Shown piece by piece: positions 49,577 to 60,008 of a DNA stretch of 64,000 nucleotides. The translations under genes were made by a program, and so were the position numbers. The notes under the pieces are model-generated. The model had not been told where the DNA came from. It was given only the letters and a program-made list of their open reading frames with translations, and ran no database searches. Position 1 is the first letter of the stretch; every line of letters begins with the position of its first letter. Source of the stretch: Candidatus Woesearchaeota archaeon (GTDB lineage Archaea > Nanobdellota > Nanobdellia > Woesearchaeales > ARS49); contig JAGVZE010000010.1 of the NCBI GenBank assembly GCA_018302815.1, positions 3,523-67,522 on the forward strand, given 5' to 3'.

Positions 49577-51070
49577 ATGCATAATACTGAAAGCCCTCAC
49601 CAAGAAACAGAAGGAATCACCATATTTCCATCATTCGAACCCGGACAAATAATCAACGGGTATGAAATCATCAAACCTCTGCGAAGAGGCGGAATGGGAA
49701 TGCCCTACTTATCCCGAAACTGCATACCGGGCCTAGAGGACATGCAGGCAGTTCTAAAATTCCCCGCCATACCTGCTAATGAAAGCAGAGAACAATTCAT
49801 GCGCCGCTGGCTACACGAAGTGAAGGGACTCCTAGCAATAGACCATCCCAACGTGGTCAAAATCTATGACGCCCAAATCCACCAAGGAATGCCATACATA
49901 CGCATGGAATACGCGAAAGGCCATGAATTATCCTGGATGCTAGCATACCAAGCGATACCAGAACCGCACGTAATAAACTGCATGACGATAGCAAAAGGAC
50001 TACTGAGCGCGATAGCAGACATACACCAAAGAGGGATAACTCACCGAGACGTCAAGCCCCAGAACATCATAATCGATCATAACCTAACTCCAAAATTGAT
50101 AGATTTTGGAATCGTGAAATTGCAAACAGAAGACCTTACACGTGACGGAGAATTCTTAGGAACAATCGGTTACATGTCGCCAGAGGTGCTTGAAGAAATA
50201 GAAGACCCAAGACGAGACGTATGGGCCGCAGGCATGGCACTCTACTCAATGCTGACTTACTATGAACCCGCACGCGATCCAAAGAAAGGCAAAACTGATT
50301 TTGAACAAATGGATTATTTCAGGAGATGGCAGCCAGAATCGCTTGAATTAAAAATCGGCCATCAGGCAAAGTCAATAGACTCCCTCTTAAAAGAAATGCT
50401 CAAACAAGACTACGAAAAAAGGATTCACGCCAAAGACGCCTACGAACTCATATGCTCCATAATTCCAGACCTTAGCGCCAATTCAAAAACCACACTTGTG
50501 CCTCAACAGCTCGGGACTCTCGAACTATTCATAAGAGATGCCACGCACATGAGCGACATAGAATTCGTCTCGAAATATGGCCACGCGATATTAATGAGAG
50601 CAGACACTTACCAACATACAACACGAGCTCCCCTGGGCGCGAGCAGATGGGTTGATCAATGCTTGGATACACTTTTGTTCTCAACTTCAAAGAAGCACAT
50701 GCAAGTAATCGGAAGAAACCCTGAAGCAGACATTAGAATAAACCACAAATATGTGTCAAACAAGCACGCAGCAATCATACACAAAGACAATAATTACTCG
50801 ATACAAGATCTCCTTTCAAAGAACGGCACACGCGTGGGCGACCTTCCAAAGACCGCATCAGAAATATACCTCAACCCCGGAGACATCATAGCATTCGGAC
50901 ATCCATCAGTACAATATGTCTTTGAAACCACGCTTTCAATTCGCACTAAAATCCAATCAGCGCAGGAAACAAACAACCACGGCAGTATCCAAACCAAGAC
51001 CCAAAGGCGAATATGCCCAGGAACAACGAAAAAAAGCAACGGGCAGTCAATTCAGCACGACTTAGACTGA
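49577..51070 (+). CDS. Ser/Thr protein kinase with C-terminal FHA domain
   Basis: HRDVKPQNIII catalytic loop, DFG, GTIGYMSPE. C-terminal VIGRNPEADIRINHKYVSNKHAAI...SKNGTRV is an FHA signature. Confidence 0.8.
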   Translation: MHNTESPHQETEGITIFPSFEPGQIINGYEIIKPLRRGGMGMPYLSRNCIPGLEDMQAVLKFPAIPANESREQFMRRWLHEVKGLLAIDHPNVVKIYDAQIHQGMPYIRMEYAKGHELSWMLAYQAIPEPHVINCMTIAKGLLSAIADIHQRGITHRDVKPQNIIIDHNLTPKLIDFGIVKLQTEDLTRDGEFLGTIGYMSPEVLEEIEDPRRDVWAAGMALYSMLTYYEPARDPKKGKTDFEQMDYFRRWQPESLELKIGHQAKSIDSLLKEMLKQDYEKRIHAKDAYELICSIIPDLSANSKTTLVPQQLGTLELFIRDATHMSDIEFVSKYGHAILMRADTYQHTTRAPLGASRWVDQCLDTLLFSTSKKHMQVIGRNPEADIRINHKYVSNKHAAIIHKDNNYSIQDLLSKNGTRVGDLPKTASEIYLNPGDIIAFGHPSVQYVFETTLSIRTKIQSAQETNNHGSIQTKTQRRICPGTTKKSNGQSIQHDLD

Positions 51071-52153
51071 ACGCGCGGCCTGCTGCATCACTTTACGAAG
51101 CTCATCCTCAGAAAGCATCTTTGCGTGCACTCTTGAATGAGCCTTTTCTATAAGTTTGTACGCGGGGCCTGCCTGATTGATGACCATTCCAAGGCCGTTC
51201 ACCAAATGCTCTAGCTTTTCAACACGCGCATGCCGCAACGTGACGGTATTGTCAGCGCCAGCTTTAGGCAAAACAATGTCAACGATGACGACAGCAGGAT
51301 TTATCTCTTTCAACCGCCTTAGAATCTCAAGCGAAATAGTGTTATTGTATTCCGGATGCGCTGGAGCAAACGCGCTCATCTCAACCAACGGACCATCAGC
51401 TCCCTTTTCAGTGCAATTGACAATAACATCGGGCTTTACAATCGTGTTGAGAACATTGCCCCGAATCAAGTCTTCAGGAACAGCATACGTGACAAGAGAA
51501 GGATAATCGCGGCTTAGTTCCTGAGCAAGAACTGTTCCCTTGCTAACTGTGCGATTGACTATCGATATGCGCTTCGCGCCTTCTTTAGCCAATTCTTTTG
51601 CAAAAGGCTTTGCGACTCCTCCCGCGCCGAAAAGAACGTAATTAGAATCAACGCCTTTACCGAGTTTTACAAGCTCATCTTTTATGCTCAGAAGAAGACC
51701 TCTTGCGTCAGTATTGTAGCCGACAAGCTTTGAGCCTTCTTTCACAACAATATTCACTGAATTCAATCCATCAGGAACAGTGCTGTCAAGATACTCAACA
51801 ACGGTTTCCTTAAAGCCAACCCCTGCGCCTCCGCCCAAATACTTTGGGTCCTTTCGCAAAGCTTCAGTTATTTGCGGCAAATCCTTCGGGTCAGCCACGA
51901 CCATTATGTTCCTGATGCTAAGACCAAGACTCTCGTAAACAGTATTCCACATAACAGGAGTCTTCGCCCCATAATCATGAGCTATAAGCGGAACAGTGTA
52001 TCCAGCAAGGTCATCAAGAGCAGAAATTTCAAACTCATTCTTCATAGGAAGCCTTGCTAATTTGACAATACCCGCCTCAAACAATTCTTTTAAAGTTGAA
52101 TACCCCATACGCCGCTTGCCACCACACGGATTTATAAGCTTTATGGACAACAA
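51062..52153 (-). CDS. shikimate/quinate 5-dehydrogenase family protein (AroE-like)
   Basis: GYNTDARG and LFGAGGVAKP Rossmann motif. Has an N-terminal extension, so the start may be an internal Met (MGYSTL). Confidence 0.6.
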   Translation of the reverse strand: MLSIKLINPCGGKRRMGYSTLKELFEAGIVKLARLPMKNEFEISALDDLAGYTVPLIAHDYGAKTPVMWNTVYESLGLSIRNIMVVADPKDLPQITEALRKDPKYLGGGAGVGFKETVVEYLDSTVPDGLNSVNIVVKEGSKLVGYNTDARGLLLSIKDELVKLGKGVDSNYVLFGAGGVAKPFAKELAKEGAKRISIVNRTVSKGTVLAQELSRDYPSLVTYAVPEDLIRGNVLNTIVKPDVIVNCTEKGADGPLVEMSAFAPAHPEYNNTISLEILRRLKEINPAVVIVDIVLPKAGADNTVTLRHARVEKLEHLVNGLGMVINQAGPAYKLIEKAHSRVHAKMLSEDELRKVMQQAARSV

Positions 52154-52184
52154 GTTTTAATAGTTCTCATCATCACGCAAGAAT

Positions 52185-52550
52185 ATGTCAATAGCACACG
52201 GAGAAGTTCTAGGAGATTGGGAAGACAAGCTCACACAGTATCATTTCACGTACCGCAGAGCAGAATCAGAATATATGAAAACCCGAACTCCCGATAACAG
52301 GCAAAAATACCATCATTGGAAGGCAATATGCAACGCTTTCACGCTCACACTCGGAATTTTACGAGAATCAATAGTAGAAGCTATACTCTTGGAGGGCGAT
52401 CCAATATCATTTTTCCGAGATCGCCTTGTACCGCAAAAACCAACACTAGACTCAATGCTATTAAATGCAGGGCCGGCCACGCAACAAAAATTCAACGAGC
52501 AATGCGAACAGCTCTTCAACGATTTAGAAACATACGGAGGACGAATATGA
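52185..52550 (+). CDS. hypothetical protein (121 aa)
   Basis: ORF only. Confidence 0.3.
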   Translation: MSIAHGEVLGDWEDKLTQYHFTYRRAESEYMKTRTPDNRQKYHHWKAICNAFTLTLGILRESIVEAILLEGDPISFFRDRLVPQKPTLDSMLLNAGPATQQKFNEQCEQLFNDLETYGGRI

Positions 52551-52894
52551 AAAAATTAATCGCTTTTGTATTGCTTCTCACGCTAATCGCGTGCGCAGCG
52601 CCGCAACAACAACGAGGAGACACATCCGCAAGGACAGTCGAACCAACAGGAAACGTTGTCGATGTCACAATTGAAGGATTCGCATTCAACCCGACTGAAC
52701 TCACAGTGAACGCGGGCGACACTGTACGCTGGACGAACAAAGATTCAGTCACGCATACAGCAACAGGACAAGGATTCGACACAGGACCTTTGAATCCGGG
52801 CCAAAACGGCGAAGTCACATTCGACAAACCGGGAACGTACACCTATAAGTGCACTCCTCACCCAAGCATGAAAGGAAAAATAATCGTCAACTAA
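52547..52894 (+). CDS. cupredoxin (plastocyanin/amicyanin-like blue copper lipoprotein)
   Basis: Lipoprotein signal MKKLIAFVLLLTLIAC; type-1 Cu ligands H (VTHTA) and C-x2-H-x4-M (CTPHPSM). Confidence 0.75.
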   Translation: MKKLIAFVLLLTLIACAAPQQQRGDTSARTVEPTGNVVDVTIEGFAFNPTELTVNAGDTVRWTNKDSVTHTATGQGFDTGPLNPGQNGEVTFDKPGTYTYKCTPHPSMKGKIIVN

Positions 52895-53297
52895 CTGTCT
52901 GCCTAAAAATGGATTTTGGCGGAAGCGAACCGCTCATGTCAACCCCATGCAGCTCACTTATAAATTGCAGAATCAACGGGTTAGCGGCATACGTCTTCAT
53001 CGCTTCCTCATCGACAAGACGTTCCAATCTGTCATCAGCAACGCCAAATCTCTTGCGCGAATAATAGCTCAAAAAATCATCCCTTGCGTGGATTAGTTCA
53101 TGAAGCACTGTCACCGCCAAATCATCGAAAGATTCAACATGAGGGAGAATCACTACTGCCTTGCACACCTCAAAATATCCTTTCGATAAACATCTTGAAG
53201 GAAGACATATCTGCGGAACATGCCTTTTTAGCAAATGAAGAGTCAACCCCTCTTCGTAACAGCGCATTATATGATTCTGAGTCAACATATTGCGCAA
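52887..53297 (-). CDS. putative zinc metallopeptidase (HExxH)
   Basis: VLHELIHARDD motif; small, SprT/DUF45-like organisation; weak. Confidence 0.35.
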   Translation of the reverse strand: MRNMLTQNHIMRCYEEGLTLHLLKRHVPQICLPSRCLSKGYFEVCKAVVILPHVESFDDLAVTVLHELIHARDDFLSYYSRKRFGVADDRLERLVDEEAMKTYAANPLILQFISELHGVDMSGSLPPKSIFRQTVS

Positions 53298-53363
53298 TAT
53301 TCGCTTGAAATTGATAAAATAAACGACACATTCATAATTATTTTAAAGCGTATTGATTAAGCG

Positions 53364-54083
53364 GTGTTTGTGAAAGCAGTCATACTAGCTGCAGGAAGAG
53401 GTACGCGCCTTGCGCCCTTAACAGACACTATTCCCAAGGCGCTCGTGCCAATAAACGGACGGGCGATGCTCGACATCATTCTTGAACAGCTGAGCTTTGC
53501 AGGAGTAACTGAAGCAGTAATTGTTGTCCATTATCTCAAAGATAAAATAATAGCTGCTATTGGAAACGAACGACACGGAATCAAGATAAAGTACGCCGAA
53601 CAAGAGAAGATAAATGGATCGGCACCAGCGCTTCTTTGCGCAGAACCGCACATAACTGATGAAAAATTCATAACGTTGGCATGCGATTCGCTGTTTGAAA
53701 CGGACCTGCTCTCACGTCTTCTTGAACACGATTCAGACGGCGTATTCACCTGCAGGGAAGTTGAAGATGGAAGGCGATATGGAATACTTGAAACTTCAGG
53801 CAGAAGAGTCACGCGAATAATAGAAAAACCTGAAAATCCCCCTACAAATCTCGCGAATTTTAGCGTTTACCTTCTTCCACACGACATATTCGATGCTTGC
53901 AGGCAAGTGCCTTTTGGAAAAAATGATGAAAAATGGCTACCTGATGCTATTCAAAACTTGATAGAACAAGGAATGATATTCACCTTTGAGAAAAGCGCGC
54001 ACATTTTAGACATAGGCACGAACGAACAGCTAGCTGAAGCGCAGGAACTCGCGAAAAAACTCAATCTGGCAAACGCGGAATGA
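53364..54083 (+). CDS. sugar-phosphate nucleotidyltransferase
   Basis: AVILAAGRGTRLAPLTDTIPKALVPI (G-x-G-T-R signature); GTG start. Confidence 0.75.
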   Translation: MFVKAVILAAGRGTRLAPLTDTIPKALVPINGRAMLDIILEQLSFAGVTEAVIVVHYLKDKIIAAIGNERHGIKIKYAEQEKINGSAPALLCAEPHITDEKFITLACDSLFETDLLSRLLEHDSDGVFTCREVEDGRRYGILETSGRRVTRIIEKPENPPTNLANFSVYLLPHDIFDACRQVPFGKNDEKWLPDAIQNLIEQGMIFTFEKSAHILDIGTNEQLAEAQELAKKLNLANAE

Positions 54084-54215
54084 TGACATATGCAAGCGCC
54101 GCGAGCAAAATAAGTCCCAGCCAAAACAGTCTGAGCGTAATGACTGTCAAACCGGCCAAGATAAGAAGCGCTATCGCGATCATAATTCCAATAATGCCCA
54201 AAGCTTTTTTCAAGC

Positions 54216-55043
54216 TCATTTTGCCTTGTTCACCGCAGCTATCGCGACCTCAACTTGCGAAGCATCAGGCTGCCGTGTCGTCAACTTTTGTATCCAAATA
54301 CCAGGATAAGTCAGGAATTTTAGAACTTTGAACTTCGCGCTCGCCTTCAAAAGCTCATAAGATATTCCTGCCACAACCGGGATGAGAAATATTCTTGCAG
54401 GCACGTTGATGTACCAATACTGCGTTCTAATCAGCGAGAAGAAAACTATGCTGACAGCGACGACGAAAAACAACAAGCTCGTTCCGCACCGCGGGTGCTC
54501 AGGAGGGAACTTCTTCACATTCTTAACCGTAAGGTCAAGCTTGTTCTCATAACAATGCACAGCCATATGCTCTGCGCCGTGGTACTCGAACATCCTTCGC
54601 ACGTCCGACATAAAACCTATAGCGAATAGATAAAGCACGAACACAACTAGGCGCAAAACACCATCCAATATTCCAAACGAGATAGTCGTAGGATCAAAAA
54701 CAAGCTTTGATAGATAATAAGGAAGCACGATGAAAAGACCTATCGTGAGCAACAATGCGAAACCAAATGTCAATGCCCACTCAAGAGGGCCAAGCTCTTC
54801 CTCCTCTCCCTGCATGTTCGCGCTCCAAGTTATCGCGCGAATGCCTATGACAAGCATCTCGCTCAACTGAACGACTCCGCGAATGAGTGGAAAGCCCAGA
54901 ATTCTGTATCTTTGACTAAGCGAAACGTGCTTATGCTTCACGCAAACAATCTTCTTGTCAGGAGTCCTTGCCGCCATGGAAACGCTATCCGGCGATTTTA
55001 TCATGACCCCCTCTATCAGCGCTTGGCCGCCCAACGGTTTCAT
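54216..55043 (-). CDS. DUF1385-family membrane-associated protein
   Basis: MKPLGGQALIEGVMIKSP start, characteristic of DUF1385/YqhQ; hydrophobic C-terminal half. Confidence 0.5.
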   Translation of the reverse strand: MKPLGGQALIEGVMIKSPDSVSMAARTPDKKIVCVKHKHVSLSQRYRILGFPLIRGVVQLSEMLVIGIRAITWSANMQGEEEELGPLEWALTFGFALLLTIGLFIVLPYYLSKLVFDPTTISFGILDGVLRLVVFVLYLFAIGFMSDVRRMFEYHGAEHMAVHCYENKLDLTVKNVKKFPPEHPRCGTSLLFFVVAVSIVFFSLIRTQYWYINVPARIFLIPVVAGISYELLKASAKFKVLKFLTYPGIWIQKLTTRQPDASQVEVAIAAVNKAK

Positions 55044-55669
55044 ACGTCAACACTCTCCCCCTGATCAAGGATTCTTACAGAAACTTTTGCAAGCTCGGAA
55101 AACAATTCAGCGGAATCTTTGGATCCCGTCATGGCGCCCCAATGTATAGGAATCGCAAGCTTAGGACCTATCGCGTTAGCTATGGACGCTGCCTCTTTTG
55201 CTTCAGAAGTGAATGTGCCTCCAACTGAAACGAACAAAACATCAGGACGAATTTCACCAAGCGCGGGATAATAATCAGAATCGCCCATGAAAAAAACCTT
55301 CTTTTTCTCTGCGATAACCACAAAACCCATACCTTCTTCTTCAACTCCATGACGCGCGACATCTGAATGGGGATTGATAACCTTAGTACCCACTATCTCA
55401 ACATCGCCGTGCAAAATACTCTGCCCCGGAACAAGGACTGAACAGGGAAATAGATTCTTAGCTGTCTCTTTTGTGCCTATACGAAGAGTCTCATCAGTCG
55501 AAATTTTTCGCACCTTCTCCATATTACAATGATCAAAATGAAATTTTGAAATAAGCACAATGGTCGCTGGCGTGTACCACTCATTTTCTCCAGCATAAGG
55601 ATCAATGTAAATAGTATCAGAACCAGTCTGAATCTTAACCGAAGAATGCCCAAGCCAAGTGATGCGCAT
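55040..55669 (-). CDS. MBL-fold metallo-hydrolase (UPF0173-like)
   Basis: MRITWLGHSSVKIQT start and HxHxDH-like FHFDHCN; internal Met chosen over the ORF-track extension. Confidence 0.7.
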   Translation of the reverse strand: MRITWLGHSSVKIQTGSDTIYIDPYAGENEWYTPATIVLISKFHFDHCNMEKVRKISTDETLRIGTKETAKNLFPCSVLVPGQSILHGDVEIVGTKVINPHSDVARHGVEEEGMGFVVIAEKKKVFFMGDSDYYPALGEIRPDVLFVSVGGTFTSEAKEAASIANAIGPKLAIPIHWGAMTGSKDSAELFSELAKVSVRILDQGESVDV

Positions 55670-55691
55670 AAGCACACTGTGGAAACTCTTT

Positions 55692-56705
55692 TTATAAAGG
55701 TTTGGGGTAGAACCGGCCGTGTTTTTTCCCTTCAGCAAGATATTTGAACAGCCCCATTCGAAGCACAAGACCGTTGCCCGCCTGCGGAATATAGTGCATT
55801 CTTGGATCGTCGTCTATTTCGTCAGCGACCTCTTGAAGCTGCGAGATTCTGCCATCAATTGGAAGCGGATGAAGAATTTTAGCGGATGGTTTGACACGCT
55901 CGATGAATTTCGCATCCATGCGGCACGTCGGCTTTAAGGAACTCACCCGCTTCGTTATTTCCTTATCTTCATATCTCTCTTCCTGGAAGCGAGTCTGATA
56001 AAAGAAATCGACATCTCCTGCGGGAATTTCGGCCAGAGACTCTGCCCTCACAATCGAATTTCCCCTGCCAGCAATGAAACGTGAAAGATATCCATCAGGT
56101 ATCTGGATGATTTTCGGCGCGACCAAATAAAGCTTCAACCCTTTGTAAATGGAAAGCATCTTGACAAGCGAATGAACGGTTCGACCGTGCAATAAATCAC
56201 CAACGATCGCTCCCACTTTGCCATCGGCTCCGCCCAAATCCCGGTCAATAGTGTAAATATCGAGCAATGCCTGCGTTGGATGCTCACCATCGCCATCGCC
56301 CGCATTTATTATCGAAGTCAATGAATTCATAGGAAGATATTCAACCGCTTTTGCCGCGCTGCCTTTCTCTTTATGACGCAAAACAATCGCGAAAGGACCA
56401 TATGAATCAAGCACACGGATCGTGTGCTTTAGCGATTCGCCCTTAACACCGGATGAGAAACTTGCGGCGCTCTCCGAACTAACCACGCTTCCTGCGAGCT
56501 TGTGAACAGAAGTCTCGAAACTAAAGCGCGTCCTCGTACTGGGCTCATAGAAAACGCTGTACACAACGTGACCCATCAAAGGATTGTCCGAGCATAGCCA
56601 CCTATTGCCCCGCTTATAATAATCGGCGTAACCAAAAATCTCATTCATAGAACCCGGATCGTCAATAAACTGGTCCGCTCCGATTATGTGCTTCAAGCCG
56701 CTCAT
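55692..56705 (-). CDS. pyrB: aspartate carbamoyltransferase catalytic subunit
   Basis: STRTR, AGDGDGEHPTQALLD, HGRTVHSL, HPLP and a PQAGNG tail, colinear with E. coli PyrB; no pyrI adjacent. Confidence 0.8.
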   Translation of the reverse strand: MSGLKHIIGADQFIDDPGSMNEIFGYADYYKRGNRWLCSDNPLMGHVVYSVFYEPSTRTRFSFETSVHKLAGSVVSSESAASFSSGVKGESLKHTIRVLDSYGPFAIVLRHKEKGSAAKAVEYLPMNSLTSIINAGDGDGEHPTQALLDIYTIDRDLGGADGKVGAIVGDLLHGRTVHSLVKMLSIYKGLKLYLVAPKIIQIPDGYLSRFIAGRGNSIVRAESLAEIPAGDVDFFYQTRFQEERYEDKEITKRVSSLKPTCRMDAKFIERVKPSAKILHPLPIDGRISQLQEVADEIDDDPRMHYIPQAGNGLVLRMGLFKYLAEGKKHGRFYPKPL

Positions 56706-57370
56706 TGTTTCACCTGCGGAAAAATAAGAGCGTCAATGTATTTTTTGATGTCTTCGAATACCGCTGTTGGTGGACGATTGCCATTGATCATGTGAATATT
56801 GTGGTCTTTAAACTCACCAACCATATCTTTATAGATTCCATCCAAACGTTTTTGCAGCTCATATTTAGTATCGAACCCATCTCCGCAAAGACCCATGCGC
56901 TTTAATCGTACGTCAGCAGGAGTGTCTATAAAGAAAGTTATGTCTGGCACAGGCATACCTTTGTGCGCTTGCCAAAACCTCTCTTTTGAGACTCCGTTGG
57001 ATACCTGGTAAGCCCAAGTCGCAAAATAATATCTATCGAGCGCGACAATCGTTCCAGCGTTCATGTTGGGCAAAATAGTATTCTGCACGTGCGTTTTTCT
57101 ATCACCAACGAAAAGCTCGAAAAAAGTTTCATTATCGAACTCTCGATTCTCAAGACGCCTCCTAATCTCAAGACCCTGCGGAGTGTTGTGCGGCTCACGG
57201 CCTCGCAGAACCTGGATAAACTTATTTGTGTCCGCAGGGTGATCGAACAAATAATCGCACAAGAGCCTGTGCTGAGTGCTTTTACCACACTTATCAGGGC
57301 CGTCGAAAACTATGAAATAGCCGCGCATTGGACGACTCGACTCATTCATTGGAAGCCCTCTTATCTTCAT
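56702..57370 (-). CDS. tmk: thymidylate kinase
   Basis: FIVFDGPDKCGKST P-loop, REP, DRYYFATWAYQ (DRYxxSxxAYQ). Start may be the internal Met at 57328. Confidence 0.8.
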   Translation of the reverse strand: MKIRGLPMNESSRPMRGYFIVFDGPDKCGKSTQHRLLCDYLFDHPADTNKFIQVLRGREPHNTPQGLEIRRRLENREFDNETFFELFVGDRKTHVQNTILPNMNAGTIVALDRYYFATWAYQVSNGVSKERFWQAHKGMPVPDITFFIDTPADVRLKRMGLCGDGFDTKYELQKRLDGIYKDMVGEFKDHNIHMINGNRPPTAVFEDIKKYIDALIFPQVKQ

Positions 57371-59060
57371 CGAGCTGGCGCTTTTGCTTTTCTTCCGCGC
57401 GCTCCTCGGCTTTTTGCCTTCCCATCGAAGAATCCGCCATCACAGGACGAATGTATTTCGCGAATCTTGGAAGCACACGCTCAATCTCGCGATAAACGTC
57501 GCGGAATAGAGTCTTATAAGATGTGTGACCTGGCTCAGGAGTCCTAAGCTCTATGACATACTGCGCCTGCCTTGGATGGAACTCATAAATGCTTCTGCCC
57601 AAATGCCCCATTGCAGGGATGTAACAGGCATCATGTGGGAACTCATTTCTTACTTCACGATGCAGCGCACTTGTTTGCTCCATCAAACGCTCATAATCTT
57701 TCTTAATTTCTTCAAGACCCTTAGCATCTTCTACAAACTCAGGATAGGCAAAGCCCAAATCCGCAGTTATCTCCTGTTTTAGCTGGGTTCCAACGCGCTG
57801 ACGCTTCACATCACGCCAAGCGCCGTTGTCCATAACAAACTCGAAAAGGAAACGGCCGAGTTTCGTGCCCCTTAGCATCAAATCGTGCTCGCCTCTTTTC
57901 TCAAGATACGTTTTGAACACTTCATCTTTTTGCTCACTGGTAAAACCGCTAACCTGCGAGCGAATGCCTTCGAAAGAAATGCCGTTGCCAAATTCATAAA
58001 ATATGCCAGTAAGAAGCAAATCCTCAAGACCAGGAGTATGCTCTATCAACTTGACACGCTGGACCGCTCTGTCGCCGCGATGATATTCCGTCTCTGGCGC
58101 TCGAAGAGCAAAAGACGCCAAATTGAAAAGACCCTGCGTCGCATTACTGAAATAATCATTTTGCTGCACGTGTTTTAGAAGGCCGGGCGTCACCTTGATA
58201 CCCTCTTCAAGAATAGCAGAGCCTATGACCCGCACTTCTTCAAGTTCGTGGCTTAGCATCTGTGACACATGGCTCTCAGCAGTTCTTGTCGGCCACGTTG
58301 CGCCCATCGCGGTCGTCGAACCCATCGGCAGGAAATAACGCATGATATCGAACGTCGCGGCATTAAGAGTCTGCTTGTATGCGACCTGCCCTTTGAACTT
58401 TGAACGATCAAGGACATTCGCTTCAAGCCAGCCGCGCACAACAGGCTCCCATCTTTTGTAAGCGCTCATCAATTCATCATTGTTTGCCGCTATAGACGCG
58501 CCAAATCTCGAACTTTGCAAGCGAGGAGGAATAATGACTGCGATATCGTTGAACGGAACATACCTTGTGCTCTTCTCCTGATAATCACCAAGCTCGGGGT
58601 CAGGCATCTGGATGAAATTCGTAGCCACCTGGCTTACGCCCTCCATCGCAACGCGAAGCTTGTCAGCGTCTTTTAGCGACTTATGGCCGAACTTGACGCC
58701 CCACTTGCTAAGAAAATCCTCTGAAACAGTGAAAAAGTAATCGAGCACTGCAAGCTTGCTTTGTTGGATCGCATCAGCTGCCTGCTCAACAGTGACCATT
58801 TTTTCTGCAGGCCACTCTTTCTTCTCGACCTTCTTTTTCATGCTATCAAAAACTTCCAAGAAACGTTCACGCATCGTCAGATCGGACCTGCTGTATTGGC
58901 CAACCAAATGTGCCCAAACCGGAAAAGGCATATTCCCAGTCGGACAATAAACATTACGGTCGGTATTCGTGAAAAAATGATTTAGCACGACCTGCTCGGG
59001 CTCAGTATATTCTCTTCTTCCCTGCATTGGCACCAAAGTTCCAGTAGTCATAATCGTCAC
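57342..59060 (-). CDS. large (572 aa) ThyX-related protein (flavin-dependent thymidylate synthase-like, divergent)
   Basis: FLFEFVMDNGAWRDVKRQRV aligns to ThyX FTFHV......RQWFRHR with H->Q. An upstream QEKSTRY resembles the S-x-RY block. Sits between dcd and tmk. Roughly twice normal ThyX length. Confidence 0.4.
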   Translation of the reverse strand: MTIMTTGTLVPMQGRREYTEPEQVVLNHFFTNTDRNVYCPTGNMPFPVWAHLVGQYSRSDLTMRERFLEVFDSMKKKVEKKEWPAEKMVTVEQAADAIQQSKLAVLDYFFTVSEDFLSKWGVKFGHKSLKDADKLRVAMEGVSQVATNFIQMPDPELGDYQEKSTRYVPFNDIAVIIPPRLQSSRFGASIAANNDELMSAYKRWEPVVRGWLEANVLDRSKFKGQVAYKQTLNAATFDIMRYFLPMGSTTAMGATWPTRTAESHVSQMLSHELEEVRVIGSAILEEGIKVTPGLLKHVQQNDYFSNATQGLFNLASFALRAPETEYHRGDRAVQRVKLIEHTPGLEDLLLTGIFYEFGNGISFEGIRSQVSGFTSEQKDEVFKTYLEKRGEHDLMLRGTKLGRFLFEFVMDNGAWRDVKRQRVGTQLKQEITADLGFAYPEFVEDAKGLEEIKKDYERLMEQTSALHREVRNEFPHDACYIPAMGHLGRSIYEFHPRQAQYVIELRTPEPGHTSYKTLFRDVYREIERVLPRFAKYIRPVMADSSMGRQKAEERAEEKQKRQLDEDKRASNE

Positions 59061-59133
59061 CTCTTTAGCTCAGCAACCTGAGCCTTGCACTCCATTAAAT
59101 GGTTATTACAACCAAAAATGCAACAGTGTTGCA

Positions 59134-59928
59134 CTATTTGCCCCTAACTTCCCTATCTTTCCACATCTTTGGAAGCATAGCCTCAGGAGTCCATTTCGCC
59201 TTGAGCTCACCTAGCGATTCTGACACTTGATATTTCCCTCCCGCATTGGAATAATCTTTTTGCTGAATGGGTTCTACGCCAAAAAACACAATCTGCGCGA
59301 TTCTTCTCCCAACGACAAGCGGAATAGTATAATGCTGAGAGTTATTTGTTATCTCCATCGTCCAACGATTGATATAGCCCACATCGCCCCAACCCGCGCA
59401 CTTGCATACCGCTATGAAGTTACGACCCATCGATGAACGCGCCTTCATCATCGTAGTAACATCAATCTTTCCCCCAATATATTCATCAGTATGTGCAAGA
59501 ATAGTCTCCCCTGGACTTATCAAAATCACACTATCCTCTGGTGAGATATTATCCCCGAATGCATCAGACCAATTCGCATTTTTTGCTTCGGTTCGCAAAG
59601 TCTGCGCTTCATGAAGCTGCCAAATAGTCCTAACGTGACGTTCATCGTACGGATTAAGAACACGCCTATCCGCGTGGCCTGGTTTCACCTCACGATAAAA
59701 ATACTGGCCCAAAGTCACATCATAACTAGATGTGGCAAGATTCTCACGCTTGAACGGGTCTATCACCACAGAACCTTCACGTATGTGCCTTAAAATCGCA
59801 GTGTCGGACAAACAAGACCGCTCAGAGAGAACACCTTCTAGTCCGAGCGATTTAGAAAGCTCTACCGAAGAATAGTTCTTCTTCAATTCACCTAACAGCT
59901 CGCCTAATTCCTCTTTTGACCAAGCCAT
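59134..59928 (-). CDS. dcd: dCTP deaminase (dUTPase fold) with ~45-aa N-terminal extension
   Basis: LSDTAILRHIREGSVVIDPF...SSYDVTLG matches the Dcd N-terminus. C-terminal GWGDVGY/nucleotide-binding blocks. The true start is possibly internal. Confidence 0.75.
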   Translation of the reverse strand: MAWSKEELGELLGELKKNYSSVELSKSLGLEGVLSERSCLSDTAILRHIREGSVVIDPFKRENLATSSYDVTLGQYFYREVKPGHADRRVLNPYDERHVRTIWQLHEAQTLRTEAKNANWSDAFGDNISPEDSVILISPGETILAHTDEYIGGKIDVTTMMKARSSMGRNFIAVCKCAGWGDVGYINRWTMEITNNSQHYTIPLVVGRRIAQIVFFGVEPIQQKDYSNAGGKYQVSESLGELKAKWTPEAMLPKMWKDREVRGK

Positions 59929-60008
59929 AAGAAAAAGACGCTCGCTTTCACTTTAAAACGATTGTTATGATTAGGGATATAGAATAGAAAATATAAAAAA
60001 GAAAAAAA

